Under the pieces are notes generated by a model. It was not told where the DNA came from, searched no databases, and was given only the letters and a program-made list of their open reading frames with translations. This document shows, in pieces, positions 53,001 through 64,000 of a stretch of DNA of 64,000 bases. The DNA is from Zootoca vivipara (taxonomy: Eukaryota), in assembly GCF_963506605.1 (NCBI RefSeq), contig NC_083277.1:44144001-44208000 (forward strand), given 5' to 3'. A program made the position numbers and the translations under genes. Every line of letters starts with the position of its first letter. Position 1 is the stretch's first letter.

Positions 53001-54553
53001 ATTTTTGCACTGATAATTGGGTTGGAATAGATTTGGCATTTAAAAATTCTTGGTCCTCAATGTATTATTTCTTTATTTACTAACTACATTTCGATACGGC
53101 CCCAAAGCTAAAGCTCCTTGGGTGGTCCATAAAACAGTTAAAGTGGTTTACACCTCAGTGACAGTTTGAGTACTCAGTGACCATTATCTTGCATGCATAG
53201 TTCTCCTCAAAGAAAACAACATGGAGGCTTCCATGTATGTGTGACCCTGTGTTTATCATTGGACCATCTAAACTACAGCCATTGGCTCTGACCTGGAGCC
53301 AAGCTACATGTGAGGCAGAAGAAAGATTTTTGTTTTTGTGTTTTAACTTTATTACTCCAAATGATCAAAGTAACAGCTCTGAGGAAAGGATCTTAAACCT
53401 GTCCCTATTAGCTTCCACCCCCCCCCTTAAAATTAAAATTGCTTGCCCCTGCTTTTTTCCCTTGCCTGCAGAAGAAAATATAGTGGGTGCATGTGTATTT
53501 TTCTCTTGGAGGAGAGAAGCAGCTGGGACAAGGAAAAGCTTAAAGATCGCCTCTGCCGTGCCAAAGGTTTTCTGCCACTCTGGCTTTTTTTATCCATACC
53601 ATGCTACTTTATTCTCTCTGCGTCGATAAAGCAAGTTGTGCAGCTTCATGAAACAAAATGAAAAACGGCGGCGGGGAGGGAGGCTTTCTTGCTTAATAAT
53701 GGCAGGAAAAGTCCAGCTAAGCAGACAAACAGAGGGGCACTTGGACTTTTCCATTCAAGTCTGCTGATCTAGCAATAATTACGGTAAAACAGACGTGAGG
53801 GACGAGGCTATTTTGTTGTAATCATACAGGAATTCTGGGAGGCTAAATGCTGCACCCCTAATAACACAATGACATTCTAAAAACTGTAGCAGTGTGTGTA
53901 TATATATATACACATGTGTTTCAATTATATTTGTGAATTATACAAGAATGATGCAACAGGCATCAAGTGATATGTTGTGCTGGCCACAATTGTTGTTTGT
54001 GATATCATGAAATGCAATGGGGTAGCTCTGGATCATACCATATCAAAGCAGAAGCTGTACAACAACAAGAGCATGTTGCATGGAAACCTCCTTGGACAAA
54101 CCATATGCTAGATGTACTGAGAGGCTTTTGATAAGACAATACAATAGGGACCAGTGAAAGGATATAGCCATGCCATGAATCCCATTGTTCCTCCGGTGGG
54201 GAATGTAACGGCCTAGGGATGGCTTCTTCGTAACTGCCATGTCCATTTGATGGTTGCCTATTATTTTCAAAGTGATAACAAAATGGATCCTTTATTGTGC
54301 AACTCAGCAGTCCACTCCATGTCCATTTTGTTCAAATAGCTCTCACATTGTGTCTGAATTGTAACTCTCAGTGGGTGACTTGACTGCTTACAATGCCTGG
54401 CTTTGATTTAAGCAATGTTATGCTCTCCAGTTCATTACAGCTGTGACATTGTAAAGCATTTCACTGATCACCATTGTACCATATTCATGACACTGTGGAA
54501 ACATGAAGAGTTGGTGATTTCTTTTGAATAAGTATTGATTGAAAATAGTTTAC

Positions 54554-54571
54554 CTTTTGAGCCTGAGGAAG
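54554..54571 (-). CDS. CACNA2D3: CACNA2D3 18-nt microexon (~14): LPQAQK
   Basis: Long polypyrimidine tract ttgttctattttgttcttgtttttttccag|CTTCCTCAGGCTCAAAAG|gtaaac; phase 0-0; matches recalled human ...DST-LPQAQK-LTDDQG. Confidence 0.92.
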
Positions 54572-57500
54572 CTGGAAAAAAACAAGAACAAAATAGAACA
54601 AGCCATCATTATATAATTGATGTGATATATTAACGTGAGTTTAGCTGCTTCATTAATTTAAAAAAAATCACCGAGCTAATAAAAATAGAGGAAGTAACAG
54701 GAGAAATATTTCCAATTAATTCAATCTGCTGCATAAACATGGGACTATAGGAGGAACGAAAGGACAGCTTGTCTGCTAAATATCACTAGCACTATGCAAT
54801 TTGTTAAAACACTGCAGTGCTAGAGGAAAGGGATGGTTTCCCCAAAAGATATGGTATCACACTTGAATTGTGAAGTTCCATCTTCCTGTACACAAATATA
54901 ATTCAATGTAGAGGTAACTGCATCGTTTAAAAGGCCTTTCTTGGATCTCTAAGGCCCCTCTTACTGTTAAGATCCATTCCAATTAATGGACCGTTCAAAA
55001 TACACATTCATAATTGTGTGTGCACATATTTAAACGCAAGTATGAGCTGCATTTGAGTGCCTGTGCATAAGACACAATTATGATTTTGTAAACGAAAGCT
55101 TCATGCTACTAAATGGCAGAATGCTACTGTCACTACTGAAACTGTCACAATTATTTGAGGGCTGAATTGCAAGAACTGTAAAATCTGTGCCATTTGTCTT
55201 ACATACTTCCAAACCGATCAAAGTTGCTGTTGATATCTAAATAAAGGCATATGCCAGTGAAAAGCTACACACTAATTTATGTCACTGAAATCAGTGTGAG
55301 AGATGATTTAGAGATTTCAGTAGGAGAGCTGAGAAAATATTTGACCCTTCTGTTGAAATCACTAGGCCACTGAAATGCTTAACTTTGCCTACATTACTCC
55401 TAAAGAAGACATGCTGATTCAGTCCACATAGATGTACTCATCAGGTATACCATGAGCTACGACTCAAATGAACAATCCAAAATAGGGCTCTACAACTGTA
55501 TATCATACATTATAGGGATGAGGGAGAAGATGGCTTGCATTTTAATGTGAGCGTACTTAACTTGCCCTTCCCAAACCATTATATGACTCGAAACGCAGCT
55601 ATCCTTCAAACTCTTGTTTTTGCAATGCACAAAAGTATACAAAAGGGTGTATTTTAAGGGAAGGTGTGCACACACAAAAAGTATATTAATGAAAGCAATG
55701 TGCAAAAGTGCATTATATTGGTGAAAACTTCCTGAAAAAAACTGCATACAGAAATGTGCAATGTGCATGAAAATACATATGGGTTTTTGTGAGAACTTTT
55801 AACTAAGCATTGCAAAGTGATGTGGAAATGGAGTGAACTGAACTTGAGGCTGGAAAAGTGAGAAATCCAAAGGGACAGATTTGTCCATCCCTACACACAC
55901 ATTACTAGCTAGATAAAACAACTACATTGCATAGTCCCAACTCCGGGGGTGGGAGGGTAGCCACTATGTCTGGTATTTTGTCAATAAAACTGAGCATTAA
56001 CCAGTAGAGTCAATTACAAGCGCCCCACCTCTCTGCCAACACACCCACACACCAATCCTTTAGTATTTTCATTCAAACTCAATTAACTTCCAACCATGTG
56101 CCTGTCTTGAACTGATCCCCTAAGAAACAATGTCAGCAGCAAGTGCTTTCATTAGAAGCATCAGATGAAGACAGAAAACAACAACAAATTTACAAAATTG
56201 CATGCAATGTAAAAACACAGATCAGTACTTGCCAAAGAGAACAGCTGATAAAATACTTCCCTGCTGGAATCTACGAGTTGCTGACCTCTTCCTTAAATAT
56301 TCTACTTCTAATTTAGTAGGGAGATGCTGAAAGTTTCCAACGGACAAGTGCAAACATTACAGGAAGAATCCATGTTCCTCCTAGCCAATTTGACTTCCAT
56401 CCAGTCTTGCTTGCACTGACTGCCATGCCTTCAGTATCACCAATTGCTTGTTTCAATTACATGTTTCCCGGCATGCATTCTTCACACATTCTAGGTCATG
56501 AGTTTTACAGTTTCAGGGCTGCCATGCATCAACAGGGATTCTTGCCCATTTTGCTCATGGGAAGAAGAATGGGGAAGGGTTAAAAAGAGAGAATTATCCT
56601 CTGAATTCAAATGGTTCTGGATTAGAACCCTGAGAAGTGCTGCTGTGACATCAATGTCATGCTCCAGAATTTGGAGGACAAATCTTACCGGCACTGGAGC
56701 TGAGGCCTCTAGGCTAAAGCATATAGGGTGGTATCCAACTAAACAGCTCTGCTGGTGCTAGCAATTTTGGCTACACAGTGGCACTTCCTCTCCCTCTCCT
56801 TTCCACTTCCTCCTAAATATATTCTGGGGCATGAGGTAGTTGGAAGAGAGGGAAAGGAAGTGTCGTTGTACATCCAAAGCTGTTTGTAGAAAACCAATGC
56901 AGCTATGTTAAGGATGTATTTTAAGTCATATGAATAAAACTAAAAGAAGAATGACGGGCCAGTTAGACAGAAGTGGCTGACTTGCTTTACTTGCTTCCTG
57001 GCAGGTGAGTTGCTGTTGTTTACTGGGAGGGGAAAGGGCTGGGTTGAGGTTGGTGCAGTGGTACGGCACAGCAGAAGCACTGGATTGACTCCACCAGTGC
57101 CTTTCGATAGGCTGACCTCTGCACTGCTTCATCTCTCCTGGTAAGTAGGAGAGGCACATGATTGAAAAGCTAGCGTAGCGTCCCAGTCCCTCAGCTGCTT
57201 CTGCATTTAGGATAGCCTCCTCCCAAAATCTACTGGACCCAAATGGTTTCCATAATTTTTCAGGGAAGTGTTTGACTGACTCTATCCGGTTTGGCATTGT
57301 ACTAGGCACACAGGCAACTGACTTAGTAACTCCCAGGTTGTCTCCTCCTCCTTGCCAGAAGAGTTCAAGCATCTTCTTGGTTTACTGAGGGAAACTGAGG
57401 GCAGTGGGGCAGCATGGAAGGTGGCTAAAGCATAGTCAGAGAAAAACTGAACCTGGCCATGCATGAGACACATATTTATGGTCAAGATGTCGTTGAATCT

Positions 57501-57705
57501 GTGTGGTCTCATCCAGTGGAGATATTCCGCATGGTGAAAAGATTGTGAACCCTTGTTCAACGAGGGCTTTGAAATAAACTGTAACAAATTTGAAAATAAA
57601 ACCCTGTATACACCCCCCCCCCCGGTCTCTTTCCACAGGGATGTAGAACTCACACCCAGTTCTTAGGTTTCATTGGTGATGCAATAAACACTCCAAAAAA
57701 AGGAT

Positions 57706-58061
57706 GCAATTCTATATGGAAAGCTGTACCTTCTCACATTTAGCACCAGACATTCCTTCTATTTGCAACCCCGCTATGCAATATTTAATATACAATATAC
57801 TTGCACCCATTTCAAGCAGTACATTTAATCATATGCATCTGTAGGCATGGGGGTCTGCATTTTATCTTATACTGTAGAAAATGTTAATTGTTTATATAGC
57901 CTGACCAAAACATCACACAGAACTTCACAGAGTAACAGATGGTTACAAGTTGAAAGATTGCCCCATACTGTTAAGCTCGTGTAAAAGCTGTCAACAAACT
58001 GATGTCCTAGGTATACCTCTGCTCTTTTAATGGCACCCGTAATTTTTAAAAAGCAATACTT
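57706..58061 (+). repeat. Copy 2 of a ~350-bp direct repeat
   Basis: Aligns with 49716-50064; core 57889-57977. Confidence 0.9.
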
Positions 58062-60772
58062 TTGGAAACAATTTCAAATTCCCTGGATTGACTTCAGTTG
58101 CAAATAATCTGTAGGATTTAGGGCTCCTCTGTAAAAAAAAGAAAATACTTTAATTGTTTTAAACAACTTTTAAAATGACTTTAAATGTAGTAGTAGAGAG
58201 AAGCTGATCTAAAACATCCTTTTCTCGTTTGGTATTAGTGCAAGTCATCATTATTATCAGCCTCAGGCTTTTGACTACCACCTCAGAATTCCAATACAAG
58301 GAAGTAAGCAGCAGCTCCCAAAGGCTGGCTTTTGGAACAGTGTAGTCCCTGTAATAGCTCATTCATCAGACTTGAGAACGAGGAACCTGAGCAGTCCCCA
58401 AGGAAGATTCAAATTCATTCACAGGTCTCCCGCAGTCAGCGAGAGGGGAAGGAACCCTCGGCACCCCTTGTACACACGCAAGACCTGAGGACTTCACACT
58501 CGCTTGTGTTTCTCCTGCTCCACAGTCAGCTATGGCCTTTAATTTATTCCTATCCCATCTTTCTTTCATCATGGATCCCCAAAGCAGAGTGCAGCTGGTT
58601 CTGGTGGAAACTGCTCTGGGTCAAAATGAGAAACGACCTGGTCAAGAGGAAGAGAGGAGCCAGTAATGGACAAAGACCTGTGATTCCTGTATTCAGGCAC
58701 AAGAGGGCAGCATAACTTATTGATGTCATGTGTTTACCACCTCTGGAGAAATGCCTATTTTTAGGGAGGGAAATAGTTAACATATAAATATTTCTGCAAA
58801 TTCTTGGAAAATCAGCAGATTCCTATGGAAAGGGACTGGAAATAACTCATAGGAGTGAACAGATCAGGTTAAAGTGGCATGGATTAGAAATTTGACCACC
58901 CCTACTTCGAAAACAAATAAAATAAAGCTAAAGCTAAGGCATTTTCTGTTCTTAGTAATCCTTGCCCCGTCACATGTGCCCAACCTAACCCTGTGCCTGT
59001 TGACAAGCACATGGGCCAGGGTGGACTGCTTATGAAGAGTATATAAAATGACCCTGACTAAGCTGTAGCTCGGTTGAGTTGGGGAAATGTTTCTCAAAAA
59101 CTTTATTCAAACAGTTATACAAAATTTATGAAATCTCGCATTTGCACAGCATTACTGATCCCAAGGCTTGGGAGTGTTCCTAAACTGTGCCCTGCTTTAA
59201 AGGAGAGGCGCATTACCCAATGTCGGCGTAGGCCACTCAGCTGTTTGACAAAATGTTGCTAATTTCAACACAAAACATGCTAATTTCAACACAAAATTCA
59301 AAACTCATTAAACTTTGGCTCAGCTCTTGTATTTTGACACCATGAATTCACCTATAATAATATGCAACGATGCTTAAGAAAATTATAGCTGTTTGGTGAA
59401 CTTTAGCAAGAGTACAGGAAGAGTTCCAGCTCCTATGGAGCTGGAAGAAAAATTGGTCAAGTTTGGTATGTTGCAGAACACCTCTCTCAATTAATCTTTT
59501 TGATCCACAAAGATTAATAAATATATCGGGCAGTGTTGCATGCATGGAATGAGGTCCACTTGTGCAACAGGATTTTCACCCTACTCCTCCAACTGTGTGC
59601 CCCCCCCCACTTTCCTCCCCACTGTGTGCAAGCAGGAGAAGGGAGGGGAAGTTTTATTGTATGAGCAGACTCCATCCAACAGACACATAGCCCACTAAGT
59701 ACTAAAGTACTATGTTGCATTCTACCCATCACTTTGGGTCATTTTGGCCTCTTTCAGAAAGTGGCGTATATATTTTATTGAACTGGCCGGACTTTTGGTG
59801 CTACTACCTCTCATCTAAAAGGCTTCTTTAAAACATCACATTCCTAATAATTACGAGAAAGTATAATAAAAGTACTAAAACGTGACTATTCATTGACTGT
59901 TAACCTTCCAATTTAGTCCTAAAATGCTGTCATAGTAAATATAAAACTGGAAAAAAGTCTAGTAACTGCAGCACAGACCAAGAAATATCCAGTTCAACAA
60001 TGGATGCATTCACATCTTTTTAAAAAAGTCTGATTAGCCATTATTCACAGTCACTAAGGGTCTGACTTGCTGGACACATAGTGTGACAACCAACTAAGTC
60101 ATAACCAGAGGAGATCAATGCACTTAATTCCATTTTCTGATGTGCTCTGGGTGTGCTCTGCATGTGACTAACACTAGGTATCACCACCTAGCTCAAGAGC
60201 TAAGGAGCCATTGTGTGATAAATCTCCATTCTGTTGCTAGATTGTTTAGAAGTTAGTTGTATGAACAACTCACACTAGACCTGGTTAGGATTTTCTTTGA
60301 AATTACTTGTGCTGCTTTGACTGACACTTTGCCTCCTGAGAGGCCACAGGAAACAAACAATTTTCATAACAGTAGAAGCAAGAGTTCTTGGCTGACCCTT
60401 TACAGCAGAGCATACAAATTACTTATCTCTGCAAAACCCAGTGGGTACTATTGACTCCAGTGGCTTCTTCAGGCTCTGCCAAGACAAGAGTTGAGCAAAA
60501 GAAAAGGCTCCTCAAGCTTTCTAATCCTCAAAAGCAGAGTGTAACAGTTCATTTTCTTGCATCTAATGGAAATGTGTTTTTTTTCCTCCCTCATACCTTT
60601 GCCCAAGTACTATATATGTCATCTGTTTGTCTTTTGAATGCCAGCATTTTAAATTCAGCTTTGAAAAAAATATAAAGTTCACATTAGTATCTTACTTAAA
60701 TAAAGGATATTCTGCAGTTAAAATAATTATGATTCAGTTTCAATCCCTTTCTATGTCTTGCACATGTTATCA

Positions 60773-61208
60773 TGGCCGCCGAGACCACATAACAGTGGTC
60801 TTGAAAGATCTACATTGGCTCCCAGTACGTTTCCGAGCACAGTTCAAAGTGTTGGTGCTGACCTTTAAAGCCCTAAATGGCCTCGGTCCAGTATACCTGA
60901 AGGAGCGTCTCCACCCCCATCATTCTGCCCGGACACTGAGGTCCAGTGCTGAAGGCCTTCTGGCGGTTCCCTCGTTGCAAGAAGCCAAGTTGCAGGGAAC
61001 CAGGCAGAGGGCCTTCTTGGTAGTGGTACCTGCCCTGTGGAATACCCTCCCACCAGATGTCAAAGAGAAAAACAGCTACCAGATTTTTAGAAGACATCTG
61101 AAGGCATCCCTGTTTAGAGAGGCTTTTAATCTTTAATCGATTATTTTATTCTTCTGTTGGAAGCCGCCCAGAGTGGCTGGGGAAACCAAGCCAGATGGGC
61201 GGGGTATA

Positions 61209-61253
<45 letters not shown>
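60773..61253 (+). mobile_element. 5'-truncated L2 LINE with (AAT)n tail
   Basis: GRRDHIT..LKDLHWLPVRFRAQFKVLVLTFKALNG...FREAFN, nearly identical to the C-terminus of the 23294 ORF. Confidence 0.93.
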
Positions 61254-61255
<2 letters not shown>

Positions 61256-61979
61256 TTTCACTGTTTTACAAGGCAGACTTATAGGCCAGTCGAAAACAAC
61301 GTCCACTTGGAGGTCCCACTGAGTTCAATGAGACTTACTAAGAAGGATGCCTAGGACTGTGTTCCAAGTAAATTACAAGACAAATATTTAAGGAAGAAAA
61401 GACAAAGCTGGCTGTTTTGACCACTGGGGAATATAAAAACAGCTCAGATGAGAAATCACCAAAGCTCCCTTTTTATTATTGGAGGATATTCAATAATTAC
61501 AACACAGGAAGGGCCTCAATCTGGCTCCTACACTTTAGTGGCTAATTTATTCATGGTTCCTCTTTTCCATTGCATTTGTGGCATTAAACTATGTTATGAA
61601 ATTGCATTACAAACAATTAGCATGATAATAAATAGCTTTCCAACACACCTAGCACACATTTTCCTTTTTTATTGTCATTTGTTAAAATCTGAGAAAAAAC
61701 ATTTTTTTATGTTTACAGAATGTTTTTAAATTATCTACCACTCTATACCTATAGGAAGTAAGGGTGTCTAGGGGTGTGTGTGTGATATGCCAGTTGATAT
61801 GTGGATTTCACATAGCCCTGTTCTATGCATGTATGCTTGGAAGCAACCCCTATTATGTACAAAGAGGCTCGCTTTCTTGTAAGTCTGCACAGAATGATCG
61901 CCATAAGCAAGCAAGATGCCCCTTCATTTAGTGGAGGGGGAGCTGTAGACAATGACCTCTCCGAACACTTGGAGCTATT

Positions 61980-62920
61980 TGTTGTTGTTGTTTTGTCATT
62001 TAGTCATGTCCGACTCTTCGTGACCCTATGGACCATAGCACGCCAGGCACTCCTGTCTTCCACTGCCTCCCGCAGTTTGGTCAAACTCATGTTGGTGGCT
62101 TCGAGAACACTGTCCAACCATCTCTCCTCTGTCGTCCCCTTCTCCTTGTGCCCTCCATCTTTCCCAACATCAGGGTCTTTTCCAGAGAGTCTTCTCTTCT
62201 CATGAGGTGGCCAAAGTATTGGAACCACAGCTTCAGGATCTGTCCTTCTAGTGAGCACTCAGGGTTAATTTCCTTCAGAATGGATAGGTTTGATCTTCTT
62301 GCAGTCCATGGGACTCTCAAGAGTCTCCTCCAGCACCATAATTCAAAAGCATCAATTCTTCGGTGATCAGCCTTCTTCATGATCCAGCTCTCACTTCCAT
62401 ACATCGCTACTGGGAAAACCATAGCTTTAACTATACAGACCTTTTTTGGCAAGGTGATGTCTCTGCTTTTTAAGATGTTGTCTAGGTTTGTCATTGCTTT
62501 TCTCCCAAGAAGCAGGCGTCTTTTAATTTTGTGAGTGCTGTCACCATCTGCAGTGATCAAGGAGCCCAAGAAAGTAAAATCTCTCACTGCCTCTATTTCT
62601 TCCCCTTCTATTTGCCAGGAGGTGATGGGACCAGTGGCCATGATCTTGGTTCTTTTTTTTTTATGTTGAGCTTCAGACCATATTTTGCGCCCTCCTCTTT
62701 CACACTCATTAAAAGGTTCTTTAATTCCTCCTCACTTTCTGCTATCAAGGTTGTGTCATCTGCATATCTGAGGTTGTTGGTATTTCGTCCGGCAATCTTA
62801 ATTCCAGTTTGGGATTCATCCAGTCCAGCCTTTCGCATGATGAATTCTGCATAAGTAAGCAGGGAGACAATATACAACCTTGTCGTACTCCTTTCCCATT
62901 TTTGAACCAATCAGTTGTTC
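61980..62920 (-). mobile_element. 5'-truncated RTE-BovB LINE (RT C-terminal half), frameshifted
   Basis: NNLRYADDTTL...GLKLNIKK (62608..62910) then MATGPITSWQI.GE...RRIDAFELWCWRRLLRVPWTARRSN (62087..62641); frameshift at the T-run ~62653-62662; (CAA)n tail. Confidence 0.94.
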
Positions 62921-63308
62921 AAAATTAACTCAACTAAAAGATATCATGGAACTCTAGTGCTGAGCAGAATTCTCATGCCTTGAACAAATGATTAGAAGGT
63001 CATCCAAACAAGGACCACTGAGATTCTTTCTGAAAAGAAAGAAATCAAATAACAAAAAGGTGCCAGGCTGAAAACTGTTTTGCTATATGTATCATGCCAT
63101 TTGACTAAAGAGAGAATATTATCCCAAAGTCTCTAGTTTGGTTATGATGTACTGTTAGATTATGTGCTATGGAACATCTAATAAGATATGTAAATAAAGA
63201 GGCTTTACCAAAGCCAAGCTGTTCAGGGTTTAAGATTAATTCCTTCCCAACTAGGCCTAATCTTCCCTGATTGGCCAATAACGGCAAAGAAGACACTCAG
63301 AAGCCCTC

Positions 63309-63736
63309 TGTGAGGGACAGGGGATATCGCGAAGTCCCTCCCCTCCTGAGTTCAAGCCCAGCCCCGAGCACAGGGGAAAGCAGAGGAAGCTCCGAGTCCA
63401 GCGGGGAAGCAGGAAGTCGGGTCCGAGGCTCAGGCAAGGTAGCGGAGCCAGGGTCCCAGGTGGAACAGGAAGGGGCCAAGAAGGAGGGGAGACCCATCCC
63501 CCCAACTCCAGAATTACGCAGGAAGAGGAGGGGAAAGAGGATGGGGCTTCCAAAGCTTTTGTGTTGGGGAAAGACGCGCCAAAAGTCATTCGGAGGTTCT
63601 GAAAGCGACTGACAACATCACTCTGTGTAAATAGCAATGAATTCCTCACTGTAAATACGCAGCACCAATAAAAGAATAAAATGCAGAGCTGCGTAGCGTC
63701 GTTACTCTGAAGTAGCCTGATCCGGCCACTGTGACA
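63309..63736 (+). mobile_element. 5' LTR (428 bp) of a Ty3/Gypsy retrotransposon, Tf1/sushi-like
   Basis: TGTGA...TGACA termini; AATAAA at 63667 and 63675; homologous to solo LTR 6450-6923; followed by a short leader and a gag-like ORF. Confidence 0.9.
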
Positions 63737-63738
63737 GC

Positions 63739-63749
63739 AACCTCCGAAT
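63739..63749 (+). promoter_or_regulatory. Putative self-priming primer-binding site (AACCTCCGAAT)
   Basis: Exact reverse complement of ATTCGGAGGTT at 63588-63598 inside the LTR; no TGG tRNA-type PBS after the LTR. Confidence 0.75.
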
Positions 63750-63779
63750 CTTTTTTTGGGCTACTTTGGAGTTGCCGGG

Positions 63780-64000
63780 ATGAGTGCATCAGAGGCGGAG
63801 AAATGGCGGCAGATCGCGGAGAAAGCCCAACAGGACCTGCAGCAGCTGACGTTGGAGGCGCAGGGGGAATTAAGGGCAGCTAAAGAAGAAACCAAGAAAC
63901 TCCAAGACGACCGGGTACAACTTGCGGAACAGGTGAGAGCGCTCCAGGAAAGAGAGCAGCAATTAAGGGCGGTGGCGGTAGACCTCCAAAACAAACTGGA
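63780..64000 (+). CDS. Gag N-terminus (coiled coil) of the Gypsy element, runs off the window: MSASEAEKWRQIAEKAQQDLQQLTLEAQGELRAAKEETKKLQDDRVQLAEQVRALQEREQQLRAVAVDLQNKL...
   Basis: ATG 44 nt after the LTR end; 73 codons without a stop to the window edge; heptad E/Q/L/A-rich pattern. Confidence 0.8.
   Translation, partial: MSASEAEKWRQIAEKAQQDLQQLTLEAQGELRAAKEETKKLQDDRVQLAEQVRALQEREQQLRAVAVDLQNKL

Noticed and set aside
54572-64000. CACNA2D3 exon 13 (...VVWTEAYIDST)
   Set aside because: Not found by eye; presumably beyond the right edge

Overview
Vertebrate genomic DNA; the repeat content points to a squamate, probably a lacertid lizard. The whole window lies inside CACNA2D3 (voltage-gated Ca channel alpha2delta-3) on the minus strand. 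Fourteen GT-AG coding exons (about human exons 14-27, 1069 nt, including an 18-nt LPQAQK microexon) splice into one open frame. The introns hold L2, CR1 and RTE-BovB LINE fragments, SINE remnants, hAT and Tc1/mariner-pogo MITEs with intact TSDs (several nested), and solo LTRs. The last 700 bp are the 5' end of a young Ty3/Gypsy element. Highlights: (1) that element has no tRNA PBS but shows a Tf1/sushi-type self-priming layout; (2) two diverged LTR families share an in-phase ORF across U3 with conserved peptide motifs; (3) a ~350-bp direct repeat with a near-identical core brackets the microexon. Gene identity and exon numbers rest on my recall of the human protein, not on a database search.
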